From: Dehalococcoidia bacterium
GTDB lineage: Bacteria; Chloroflexota; Dehalococcoidia; Lucifugimonadales; Australimonadaceae
Assembly: GCA_965248455.1 (NCBI GenBank)
Contig: OZ252105.1
Location: forward strand, 200,993 to 264,992
Reading direction: 5' to 3'
DNA length: 64,000 bases
Part shown: piece by piece, positions 55,259 through 63,810 of the stretch
Position numbering within the stretch: the first letter of the stretch is position 1
How the letters are laid out: every line of letters begins with the position of its first letter
Notes under the pieces: model-generated
Told to the model about the DNA's origin: nothing
Databases searched by the model: none
The model's input: only the letters and a program-made list of their open reading frames with translations
Program-made: the position numbers and the translations under genes

Positions 55259-56277
55259 GCAGCGCGATCCTCACGAAACAACTGCCGCAGCAGCGCGTAG
55301 ACCATCACGGTTACCAGGCTCCAGCCAAGGAAGTCGACTGCTCCAACGATGCTGGATGGTATCGCATCTCTGTACGAACTCCCCAGTACCAGCATGCGGC
55401 CTATGTAGAAACTTCCTAGGTGGAAGACAATAGCTTTGCTAACCACCGCGACTGCGACAAACCCTGCCAACGCGGTCAACTGCAAGCGTCGCGCGCTAGG
55501 GGAGCGGGAATCGAACCCGGATGCGATGACCGCAGCGCCCAACAGCATGAGCATGTAAACCAATATCGCCACCGGTGAGTACAGGTTGAAAGGGAAATCC
55601 AGCGGAGGCACCCCCAATAGTACCGGCGCATACGCTCCTTCACGTGCGAGGTGCACCGCAATCACGAACCACCCTCCGAAGGCGGCGCGCCGCGCTGAAT
55701 AGACTGCGAGGAGTGCCACAAACACGACGGACGCACTCCGCAGCAGGAGAAACCAAACCGCTGGCGGTAACTCATCTCTCTCAAATACCACCACCCCGAG
55801 AAACAGCGCCCACTGGAAGAAGGCGACCAGAAGCCACCCGGTAACCAGCGCCCATAGCGCGCGCTCCGCCACACCGAAGTCGCCGCGCCATACCCTCATG
55901 GTTCCCACCACCGCGATTCCAGCGGCCACGCCATAGCCCACGAAGCCGGCGGCTGACCATACGGAATACGAAGTGGCGCCTAACCACCGATACAACACGG
56001 ACGAAAACTGATACAGCTCGAACGAAACGAATACCTCCGATGCCAGCAGCAGGGAGACAGGAAGCAGCGTTCGTATTCGTAGCGGTTGCGAAATGAAGAC
56101 GGCAATCTCTCCGAGACTGTCTTCCCTTCCGAGACTAGGCGGACTGCGGGCAGCAACCAGCTTGGGGAGGCTGACCCTACAGGGACCAATTGTCCTTGAT
56201 GTTGTCCACTTGGCGGCATTGTAGCACTGCACCCAACCTGTCCCAGCACATACGGGATGACTATGAGGCGCGCTCAA
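55243..56277 (-). CDS. hypothetical polytopic membrane protein, start unresolved
   Basis: Hydrophobic throughout. The N-terminal about 36 codons of the ORF run through the Rieske remnant (56170-56230), so the true start must lie below 56170. It may be 5'-truncated. Confidence 0.4.
   Translation of the reverse strand: MSAPHSHPVCAGTGWVQCYNAAKWTTSRTIGPCRVSLPKLVAARSPPSLGREDSLGEIAVFISQPLRIRTLLPVSLLLASEVFVSFELYQFSSVLYRWLGATSYSVWSAAGFVGYGVAAGIAVVGTMRVWRGDFGVAERALWALVTGWLLVAFFQWALFLGVVVFERDELPPAVWFLLLRSASVVFVALLAVYSARRAAFGGWFVIAVHLAREGAYAPVLLGVPPLDFPFNLYSPVAILVYMLMLLGAAVIASGFDSRSPSARRLQLTALAGFVAVAVVSKAIVFHLGSFYIGRMLVLGSSYRDAIPSSIVGAVDFLGWSLVTVMVYALLRQLFREDRAAWLKR
56170..56230 (-). pseudogene. deletion scar of a Rieske oxygenase gene (upstream motif fused to the 3' terminus)
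   Basis: 56170-56209 matches 58548-58587 (last codons plus stop of paralog 7) at 37 of 40 nt. 56210-56230 is identical to the upstream motif of paralog 6. Confidence 0.55.
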
Positions 56278-56305
56278 GTCAGCGTCGTCCTGATATGGTG
56301 CTGAT

Positions 56306-56839
56306 ATGGAGATTGACTTGGCGAACGGCTACGTGCTCCGGCCTTGGGACACCGCGTGGCGGGACGGCGACCAGGGGCGTTTCGTCACGCTCGCGAACGA
56401 CTACGACATCTGGATAAACCTCCGCGACCGCTTCCCCCACCCATACACCCGCTCAGACGCCGAGGACTGGGTTGCCTTTCAATCGGGCCGGGACCCGACC
56501 ACGGTATTCGCGGTCTGCGACGCCGAAGGGCCGATCGGCGCCATCGGCCTGGAAACGCGCGAGGACGACTACCGGCACTCCGCCGAGATCGGCTACTGGC
56601 TGGGCAAGCCGTTCTGGGGACGCGGGATCATCACCTGCGCCGCAAAGGCCGTGACAGCCTACGGCTTCCAGACGCTGGGACTCATGCGCATCGACGCGCC
56701 TGTCAGGGCATCAAACGACGCCTCGGCACGCGTGCTGGAGAAGGCGGGCTACCAACGCGAAGGGCTGCTCCGCAAGGTCGCGCTGAAGGAAGGCGAGCCC
56801 GTGGACTACTTGCTCTTCGCCATCCTGCGAGAGGACTGA
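56306..56839 (+). CDS. GNAT N-acetyltransferase (RimJ/RimL-like)
   Basis: EIGYWLGKPFWGRGIITCA…NDASARVLEKAGYQREG. Confidence 0.8.
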   Translation: MEIDLANGYVLRPWDTAWRDGDQGRFVTLANDYDIWINLRDRFPHPYTRSDAEDWVAFQSGRDPTTVFAVCDAEGPIGAIGLETREDDYRHSAEIGYWLGKPFWGRGIITCAAKAVTAYGFQTLGLMRIDAPVRASNDASARVLEKAGYQREGLLRKVALKEGEPVDYLLFAILRED

Positions 56840-56840
56840 A

Positions 56841-57353
56841 TTGGACATTCCCGCTGGCAACTACCTGATCCGCTCATGGCGTCCCGAGGACGCCGAATCG
56901 TTGTCGGCGCACCTCGATAACCCGAACGTGACGGGCCAGCTCCTCGCCCGGCATCCGCGTCCCTACACCGTCGAGCGGGCGCGGGCGTGGATCGATCTCT
57001 GCGCCATCGAGGCCGACCCGGTCAACTTCGCAATCACCGACAAGCAGGACGCCATCGGCGGCATCAGCTTGTACCTTCAGCGCGGCGCCCGGGGGCGGTC
57101 CGCAGAGATCGGCTTCTGGGTCGCCGAGCCCTTCTGGGGGAAGGGCGTCGCTTCGGCGGCGGTTGGCGCGTTCGTGGACTACGCATTCACGCAGTTCGAC
57201 CTCGCCCGGCTGTACGCCAACGTGTTCAGTGGCAACGGGGCCTCCGTCCGGGTGCTCGAGAAGATAGGATTCGTCTACGAAGGAACGATGGCCAAGAGCG
57301 TATGGAAGGACGGGCGCTTCATCGACGAGCTCGTCTACGCGGTAGTGAGGTAA
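56841..57353 (+). CDS. GNAT N-acetyltransferase (RimJ/RimL-like), tandem paralog
   Basis: EIGFWVAEPFWGKGVASAA…NGASVRVLEKIGFVYEG. TTG start. Confidence 0.8.
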   Translation: MDIPAGNYLIRSWRPEDAESLSAHLDNPNVTGQLLARHPRPYTVERARAWIDLCAIEADPVNFAITDKQDAIGGISLYLQRGARGRSAEIGFWVAEPFWGKGVASAAVGAFVDYAFTQFDLARLYANVFSGNGASVRVLEKIGFVYEGTMAKSVWKDGRFIDELVYAVVR

Positions 57354-57359
57354 ACAACC

Positions 57360-58337
57360 ATGCCGAACCTGAAACTGACGATAGCAATTTCCCCTTGGGA
57401 CCGCATCAACCCCCTTCTGATCGGCGAGGTGAAGCCCGAGGGCATCACGCTGGAGCACCATAACATCCCGCTTCAGGACATCTGGCGTCGCCAGCTCCAG
57501 GACAACGAGTTCGACATCTCCGAGATGTCCATGTCCTTCACGCTGCAGGCCATCCCGCTGGGCTGGGACTACCGCGTCCTGCCCGTCTTCCACAACCGCA
57601 CCTTCTCCTACGTGAACACGATGATTCGCCTCGGATCCGGCATCCGGCAGGACCACCCCGAGGATATGATCGGTAAGCGCGTTGGCGTCGTCGATTACCA
57701 GATGACAGCGGCGCTCTGGACGCGAGGCATCTTGGAGCACGAGTTCGGCGTCGCCCCGCGCGGCGTCGAGTGGTTCCAGGGCAGGCTCGACCCCGCCATC
57801 CCCGGCCAGACGGAGCCCTTCCGCCCGCCGGAGGGAGTCGTGATCAACCCGCCGCCCAACAACCTCGAACAGCTGATGGCCAACGGCGCGCTTGATGCGA
57901 TGTACTCGGTCCATCCGCCCACGAGCGGCCCGCTGGCCGACCGCTCGCGCTTCGTTCCGCTGTTCGCGGACGGCGTCGCGGAATCGGAGCGTTACTACGC
58001 CAGGACGGGCGTCTTTCCCGCTCATCACGCGACGATCGTCCGTAAGAGCATGCTCGACGCGCATCCGTGGGCCGCGAAGAGCCTGCTCGATGCGCTCGTC
58101 GAGGCGCAGCGGCTGACGATGGAGCGCGCGATGAAGGAGCCGCCGTCAGCCCTCGTCTTCTCGCGGGAGATGATGGAGCGCCAGCGCGAGACGTTCGGTG
58201 ACAATCCCTACGCCTACGGCCTCGCCGCCAACGCGACGACCATCGACCTGGTCCAGACCTTCGCCGTCGAGCACGGCATGACGCCGCAGAAGCAGCCGCT
58301 CGCGGGGTTCATCGCGGCAGGGGCGCTGGATAGCTAA
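57360..58337 (+). CDS. 4,5-dihydroxyphthalate decarboxylase-like protein, copy 2
   Basis: LKLTIAISPWDRINPLLIGEVKPEGITL…EFDISEMSMS…GKRVGVVDYQMTAALWTRGILEHEFGV fits my recollection of PhtD/Pht5-type decarboxylases. Confidence 0.75.
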   Translation: MPNLKLTIAISPWDRINPLLIGEVKPEGITLEHHNIPLQDIWRRQLQDNEFDISEMSMSFTLQAIPLGWDYRVLPVFHNRTFSYVNTMIRLGSGIRQDHPEDMIGKRVGVVDYQMTAALWTRGILEHEFGVAPRGVEWFQGRLDPAIPGQTEPFRPPEGVVINPPPNNLEQLMANGALDAMYSVHPPTSGPLADRSRFVPLFADGVAESERYYARTGVFPAHHATIVRKSMLDAHPWAAKSLLDALVEAQRLTMERAMKEPPSALVFSREMMERQRETFGDNPYAYGLAANATTIDLVQTFAVEHGMTPQKQPLAGFIAAGALDS

Positions 58338-58380
58338 GCAGGGCAGCCCCCCGCCCGGTGTAGGCGCGGCCCCCTGTCCG

Positions 58381-58478
58381 GTGTAGGGGCCGTTCGCGAA
58401 CGGCCCTAACGTTATGCCACCCCAACGTACTTCCCAAATCAACGACAACTGCCCATTACGCCGTAACCTCGCTGATTT
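58381..58478 (-). repeat. module D repeat (reverse orientation)
   Basis: gtgtaggggccgttcgcgaacggccctaacg…caactgcccattacgcc… matches the revcomp of 7718-7829. Confidence 0.8.
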
Positions 58479-58499
58479 CACGCATGTTCAACCCAAAAG

Positions 58500-58525
58500 C
58501 AGAGACCGCCACGAGGGGCGGTCTC
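58500..58525. other. conserved GC hairpin downstream of Rieske paralog 7
   Basis: cagagaccgcc acgagg ggcggtctc. Copy of 52369-52393. Confidence 0.6.
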
Positions 58526-58553
58526 GACTCAACTGCTCTGATGCACGCTGACC

Positions 58554-59900
58554 CTACAGAGGCCAGTTGTCCTTGATGTTGTCCACAGCGCCGACCTTGC
58601 CGCCGCCGGCAGCGCGCTCGGTGAGCTCATTCTCGGAAGCGGCAGGCGCCTTGTCGGGGAGATCATCCCACGTCTGCAGCACCTGGTTGATAAGCTCGGC
58701 GTCGCGGGAATACCCAGCCTCCCCGGGGATGTACTTCTTCGCGCGCTTCATCCCGAACTTCACGCGCTCCAGCGGAGCGGTGATGCCGCCCTCCGGCGCG
58801 GGTGAGCGGAAAACGTTCATCGGGTCGCCGCCGTCCGCCGTGATATCCATCTGATCGCGCAGCAGCTTGCGGTAGAGGATGAGCCCGCGGTCGGACTCGC
58901 CAAGGTGTTCGAGGTTGCGTTTCGCGATGGGGCCTTGCGTTGCCCACATCGTGTAGTCCTGATTGAAGACAACGTCCACGATCCAGCGGCCGTTCTCGTC
59001 CAGCAGCGGTACCTCACGGTAGGGGACGGACTCCTGCGTCGGGACTGGCTGACCGGGAGCGCCGTGCCATGTGTAGAGCGAGACGTGCAAGGTGTGCTCG
59101 TCGTCTATCGGCACGCGGAACTGCATGGTCACGGATACCTCGCTGCCCACCAGCAGGATGTTCGGCACGAACACCGGGTGCCCGTGCTTCCAGTCGTCGT
59201 CCTCCTCGGTGTAGCCCCTGAACACGCGGCGCTTGACCACGCCGTGATCGAAGATGTCGAAACCGATCTTCTCGTGCTTCGGCAGGTCGAGCAGCGCGCC
59301 CTTGAATCCGGCCCCCTGCTGGACGTACTGCCCCCAGTACGAATGTGCCCACTCGACGTGGACGGGATCGAGCGAGTTCTCCTGGCACTGAAGCCAGTTG
59401 CACGGCAAGTGCGATATCGCGATGTCGCGCACGGCGTTGTCCCAGGCCATCGGCTCCCACATAGGCAGGAAGGGAACGGGCTGCGGGCCCATGTACGCGA
59501 ACACGAGCCCGGCTGCGGCCTGCACCGGGTACCCCGCAATCTTCACCTTCTCCTTGAAGCGTCCGTCCGGGTGAACGGTCTCCTCGAACGGCTGCTCGAT
59601 GCACTGGCCCGTCTCGTCCATCATCCAGCCGTGGTACATGCAGCGCAGCCCATGCTCCTCCGGTATGCCGTAGGAGAGATCGACGCGGCGGTGCGGGCAC
59701 GCGCGCTCGAGGAGCCCCAGCGTGCCGGACTTGTCCTTATAGAGCACGAGATCCTCGCCGAGGAGACGGACGGCCTTCGTAGGCCGGTCGTCGAGTTCAG
59801 CGGCGGCGGCGATGGGATGCCAGTAGCGGCGCATCAGTTCGCCCATCGGCGTGCCCGGACCGACTTTCGTAAGGTCTTCGTTGGCTTTGACGGTGAGCAT
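58554..59900 (-). CDS. Rieske oxygenase alpha subunit, paralog 7 (subfamily B, longer C-terminus)
   Basis: CPHRR...CMYHGW and NSLDPVHVEWAH. 448 aa. GGAGAG RBS. Confidence 0.9.
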   Translation of the reverse strand: MLTVKANEDLTKVGPGTPMGELMRRYWHPIAAAAELDDRPTKAVRLLGEDLVLYKDKSGTLGLLERACPHRRVDLSYGIPEEHGLRCMYHGWMMDETGQCIEQPFEETVHPDGRFKEKVKIAGYPVQAAAGLVFAYMGPQPVPFLPMWEPMAWDNAVRDIAISHLPCNWLQCQENSLDPVHVEWAHSYWGQYVQQGAGFKGALLDLPKHEKIGFDIFDHGVVKRRVFRGYTEEDDDWKHGHPVFVPNILLVGSEVSVTMQFRVPIDDEHTLHVSLYTWHGAPGQPVPTQESVPYREVPLLDENGRWIVDVVFNQDYTMWATQGPIAKRNLEHLGESDRGLILYRKLLRDQMDITADGGDPMNVFRSPAPEGGITAPLERVKFGMKRAKKYIPGEAGYSRDAELINQVLQTWDDLPDKAPAASENELTERAAGGGKVGAVDNIKDNWPL

Positions 59901-60027
59901 GTGTATCTCTCCTCAGCGTGGAGTGGTAAGCATAGAGGTAGTCGAGGATAAGGGTAGGCCGCAAGCCGCTGCGCGTCAATGCGCGCGAGGCGCGTTTCGT
60001 GCGGCGCCTCGCGCGTTTCCCGAGTCG

Positions 60028-60828
60028 TTACGGCCTTGATATCTGCGGAGCGGCCTCCGGGTTGTTCGTAACGATGCGCGTGTAGTACTGCCACACGCCG
60101 CCGACGACGGGACGCGAGCCCGGCGCCAGCACGCCCATGAAGTGCGGCAGTTCCGGCAACGGCGTGCGCCCGGACATCTCGTCCACGATCTCGTCTTCCA
60201 GGTAGGCGTGATCTGCCCCCGCGGCGGAGTAAGCCCAGTAGTTCATCTTGGCCTGCTCCTCCAGCTGGATCATCGTCATGACGGCGTTCTCCAGGCTGCT
60301 GTCTGCGGTGGTGGCCCCGTGGCCGCGCAGCAGGATGGCAGGGGAGTCCCCCATCAGGGTCGCGACTTCCAGCCCCTCCTCCTCGGTCTGGACGGTCTTG
60401 ACGTGCTCCCACACCGGCAGCTCTTTCTGCACGAGTTGCGCGCCCTCCTGGTTCATGGGACGGAGGCGCTTGCGGAGTGTCGTCGCAAGGATGGTGTAGT
60501 GCGGATGTACGTGTACGACCGAGTTCACCTCGGGGCGCAGCTTCATGATGGAGGAGTGCATCTTGACCTCGAACGGCTGCGAGGAACCGCGAGGCCCGTC
60601 AACCTTGTGGCCTTCGATGTCCACCACGATCATGTCCTGAGGGCGCATCGAGTACAGGGCGTCCACGGTGTAACCGCGCCCCTTCACGACGAACTTGTCA
60701 GGATCGTTCGGCAGTCGCAGGCTGGCATGTCCCAGCGACGCCCTGAATCCGGTCGCGAGCCCGACTTCAGCGAGCACGCGGTTAGCGACGGCGACTTCGT
60801 ACTTGATCTCGTCCCATTCCCTGGTCAT
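60028..60828 (-). CDS. class II aldolase/adducin-domain protein
   Basis: …NSVVHVHPHYTILATT… and LLRGHGATT His motifs of the class II aldolase fold. Confidence 0.85.
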   Translation of the reverse strand: MTREWDEIKYEVAVANRVLAEVGLATGFRASLGHASLRLPNDPDKFVVKGRGYTVDALYSMRPQDMIVVDIEGHKVDGPRGSSQPFEVKMHSSIMKLRPEVNSVVHVHPHYTILATTLRKRLRPMNQEGAQLVQKELPVWEHVKTVQTEEEGLEVATLMGDSPAILLRGHGATTADSSLENAVMTMIQLEEQAKMNYWAYSAAGADHAYLEDEIVDEMSGRTPLPELPHFMGVLAPGSRPVVGGVWQYYTRIVTNNPEAAPQISRP

Positions 60829-60860
60829 CTATATGTTCTCCTTACCTTGGTTTGCTTCTG

Positions 60861-61032
60861 GTCCCTTCTCCCTTGAGGGGAGAAGGCTAGGATGAGGGTG
60901 ACCTGCCTCCGTCGTTCCCGCGCAGGCGGGAACCTCGCATCCCTGCCCCCTTCAGATCCCTTCTCCCTTGAGGGGAGAAGGTGAGGATGAGGGTGAGGGT
61001 TCCCCTACGGAACCTCGCATCCCTGCCCCTGC
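60861..61032 (-). repeat. (module A - module B) x 2, reverse orientation
   Basis: A at 60861-60903 and 60955-61002 (cccttctcccttgaggggagaagg palindrome). B at 60910-60948 and 61005-61032 (…ggaacctcgcatccctgcccc). Confidence 0.8.
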
Positions 61033-62220
61033 TCAATCATGCACCTGCTTCTGATGCTGGAGGTATATCTCCTTGTGTTCGCGCGCGGATTGCAGCACGG
61101 AGAGGCAGACTTCGAGGTTCGCCTTCCCCCAGCGCCCGTCGTGCAGAGGCGGGACGCCGTTGACGATGGCGTCGTGCAGTTCCGTGAGGATGTTATCGCG
61201 TCCGGACGTGCCCTTGACCAGCTCGACCTCGCGTTGCCCATCCTCGGCATAGACGAGCAGGCCGTCGGGCGACTGGCGGATGTCGCCGCGTTCGCAACTG
61301 ATGAGGAGCAGGCCGTAGAAGGGAAGGTGCGACGGTGTGTTGCGGTTGCGCGCGCCGGATGCCCCGTAACGAACGCTGCGCTTCAGCGCCTGCTCATGCG
61401 CTTTATCGCCCTGCCGTAGCCTGGCGCGCGCCGCTCCGTAGGACGACACGTCGAACGGCTGTCCGCCCTCTCCTACGTTGAAGCCGAGCTCGGCGGTGCG
61501 GAAGCGGTCGTAACCGTTGTACACGGCTGTTGCGGCCACCCCGTCCTCGAACTCCAGGAAGATGGTGTGCGCGCCCTCGGCAGGCCGCGAGGGGTCGAAC
61601 TTCCCCGTCATCGCGCGAACGCTGCGGACGAGCCCGCCTCCGATCAGCCTGATGACGTCGAACTGATGCGAACCCTGCCGGAAGGTGACGCCGCCCCCGA
61701 GCGAGGTGTCGAGCTCCTCCGGGTTGCGCGGTCGGTACATCCAATCGGTGTAGTACCAGTTGTGCAGCATGCGGAGCGGCCCCAACTCCCCGCTTGCGAC
61801 GAGTGTGCGTATCGCTTTGATGGGCGTTTCATAGCCGAACGAATGGCCGACCATGAACGTAACGCCCGCCTTGTCCGCCGCCTCGATCATCTTGTCGGCA
61901 TCGTCGAGGTTGGTGGCGATGGGTTTCTCGGATACGACGTGCTTGCCATTGGCTATCGCGGCAAGGACGTGGCCGGTGTGATGCTGCGTGGGCGTCGAGA
62001 CGAACAGTGCGTCGATGTTGGGCGACTCAGCGATCGCCTCGGCGCTGGTGAAGGTTTCGGCGTTGGGGAAGTCGGCCTTGAATCGGGCCAGCGTCTCCTC
62101 GTCGAGGTCTGCGGCGCCGGCCATCTCGAAGTTGGGGTTCTTCACGGCTGGAGGCACCAGAGCGCCCCCGGCGGTGCCGAGCCCGACGATTCCGAATCTG
62201 ATGGGTTTCGTAGTGGTCAT
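61033..62220 (-). CDS. Gfo/Idh/MocA family oxidoreductase (copy 3)
   Basis: IRFGIVGLGTAGG Rossmann motif and VVSEKPIAT. Collinear with copies 1 and 2. Confidence 0.85.
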   Translation of the reverse strand: MTTTKPIRFGIVGLGTAGGALVPPAVKNPNFEMAGAADLDEETLARFKADFPNAETFTSAEAIAESPNIDALFVSTPTQHHTGHVLAAIANGKHVVSEKPIATNLDDADKMIEAADKAGVTFMVGHSFGYETPIKAIRTLVASGELGPLRMLHNWYYTDWMYRPRNPEELDTSLGGGVTFRQGSHQFDVIRLIGGGLVRSVRAMTGKFDPSRPAEGAHTIFLEFEDGVAATAVYNGYDRFRTAELGFNVGEGGQPFDVSSYGAARARLRQGDKAHEQALKRSVRYGASGARNRNTPSHLPFYGLLLISCERGDIRQSPDGLLVYAEDGQREVELVKGTSGRDNILTELHDAIVNGVPPLHDGRWGKANLEVCLSVLQSAREHKEIYLQHQKQVHD

Positions 62221-62290
62221 TGCATACTCCGGCCAGCGGGATGGTAGCGAGTGGATAGTAGCGAGAATGGCGTCCGCTTGCTAGTGCCGC

Positions 62291-62677
62291 CCCCTCGTCG
62301 TTCCCCGCACTAGGCCCCGCCGTTCCCGTGGAGACGGGAACCTCGCATCCCTGCCCCTGTTCGGGTGTATGGGGCGGCCCCACCATCGTTCCCGCGAAGG
62401 CACGAACCTCGCATCCCTGCCCCTGCCCGGTGTTAGGGCCGTTCGCGAATGGCCCTAACGTCATGCCATCCCCAACGTACGCTCAACCCCCAAACCAACG
62501 ACAACTGCCCATTACGCCATAGCCCGCTGATTGCTACATTGTTCGCATACGTCGCTCCCGCGAAGGCACGAACCTCGTATCCCTGCCTCCTGCCCGGTGT
62601 TAGGGCCGTTCGCAAATGGCCCTAACGTCATGCCATCCCCAACGTACGCTCAACCCCCAAACCAACGACAACTGCCC
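62291..62677 (-). repeat. repeat array B-B-D-B-D(5' part), reverse orientation, cut by IS110
   Basis: B at 62291-62357, 62384-62427 and 62549-62590. D at 62431-62543 and 62598-62677, truncated at …caactgccc. Confidence 0.85.
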
Positions 62678-62684
62678 CTTGTAT

Positions 62685-62827
62685 GGTGGTGAGAGGCGGG
62701 GTAGGCCGTTTGCCCCTTGGTCGCTGAGACCGTGCGTAAGCATGACCGCCCCGCCTCTATTCCACCCGCCCTACCGGTAGCCCGAACAGTTGCCTGAGCT
62801 AGTGAGCTCGTATTCACAAGGCAGGGC
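62685..62827 (+). ncRNA. putative IS110 bridge RNA (two stem / internal-loop modules) in the left end
   Basis: Stem 62692-62701 pairs with 62749-62758 (10 bp), plus 62685-62689 with 62762-62766. Its loop holds tgcccct (62711-62717, same as target-left plus core) and gcgtaag (62734-62740, complement of cttacgc at 63810-63816). The second module holds acagttg (62786-62792, same as the right IS end) and acaag (62816-62820, complement of cttgt at the left junction). Confidence 0.55.
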
Positions 62828-62854
62828 ACGGAAGGGCAGTCAGGAGCATAGCGT

Positions 62855-63793
62855 ATGGACTCATCCCTCTGCATCGGCATAGACGTTTCCCAGGATTGGC
62901 TCGATCTCGCGGCTCACCCAACCGGACAACCCCAGCGCTTCAAGACCACTCCCGCCGGCCTGCATTCCCTCGTCGAGCACTGTCGCGATGCTCAGCCCCG
63001 CCTGATTGCCTTCGAAGCCTCCGGCGGTTACGAACGCCCTCTCTCCCACGCACTCACCCACGCCCAACTCCCCTTCGCCATCCTCAACCCCCGCAACGTC
63101 CGTTACTATGCCCGCTCCACCGGCGTCCTGGCTAAGACCGACCGCATTGATGCGGCCGTCATCGCCCAGTTCGCCCACGACATCCGCATCCAGCCGAAGC
63201 CTGCGCCGTCGCGCCCCGAGCAGACCGTGCGCGATCTTGCCACCCGCCGCAATCAACTGGTGGGGGACCACACGCGGGTGCGACACCAAGCCCGGCTGTT
63301 CTCCGGCGCAAGCCTGGCCAGCGCGAAGCGCCATCTCGCCTTCCTGAAGCGGGAGATCGCGGCGGTGGAGCAGGAACTGCGGAGGGTCATCGCCCAGGAT
63401 GTCTCCCTGCGCGAGCGTTGGGAGCGGCTGCGGAGCGTTCCTGGCGTGGGTGAGACCCTAGCGGCAGCGCTACTCGGCAGTATGCCGGAGCTGGGACACT
63501 TGAACCGAGCAGCGGTCGGGATGCTGGCAGGCCTCGCCCCGCACGCCCGCGACAGCGGGAAGCGCGAGGGGAAGCGCTTCTGCTGGGGCGGGCGTGCAAA
63601 CGTGCGGAGGGCGCTGTACATGCCTATGCTCTCGGCAGTCCAGCACAACCCCGTGATACGCACGTTCTACCAGCGGCTGCTGGACCAGGGTAAGCCGAGG
63701 AAGGTGGCGCTCGTCGCATGCATGCGCAAGATGCTGACCATACTGAATGCCATCCTGCGTGAGGAGACCACCTGGGACCCACAAATCGCTTGA
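62855..63793 (+). CDS. IS110-family transposase/recombinase (DEDD RuvC-like + Tnp domain)
   Basis: CIGIDVSQDWLD…AFEASGGYE…KTDRIDA… and C-terminal SVPGVGETLAAALL…GKR…GGRANVRRALYM motifs. AGGAG RBS. Confidence 0.9.
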   Translation: MDSSLCIGIDVSQDWLDLAAHPTGQPQRFKTTPAGLHSLVEHCRDAQPRLIAFEASGGYERPLSHALTHAQLPFAILNPRNVRYYARSTGVLAKTDRIDAAVIAQFAHDIRIQPKPAPSRPEQTVRDLATRRNQLVGDHTRVRHQARLFSGASLASAKRHLAFLKREIAAVEQELRRVIAQDVSLRERWERLRSVPGVGETLAAALLGSMPELGHLNRAAVGMLAGLAPHARDSGKREGKRFCWGGRANVRRALYMPMLSAVQHNPVIRTFYQRLLDQGKPRKVALVACMRKMLTILNAILREETTWDPQIA

Positions 63794-63810
63794 CCTGCTA
63801 TCACAGTTGC

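Noticed and set aside
62228-62240. 12-nt match tactccggccag upstream of Gfo copy 3, the same string as in the NUDIX-flanking duplication.
   Set aside because: It is short and in the opposite orientation relative to the gene, with no extended similarity. Probably chance.
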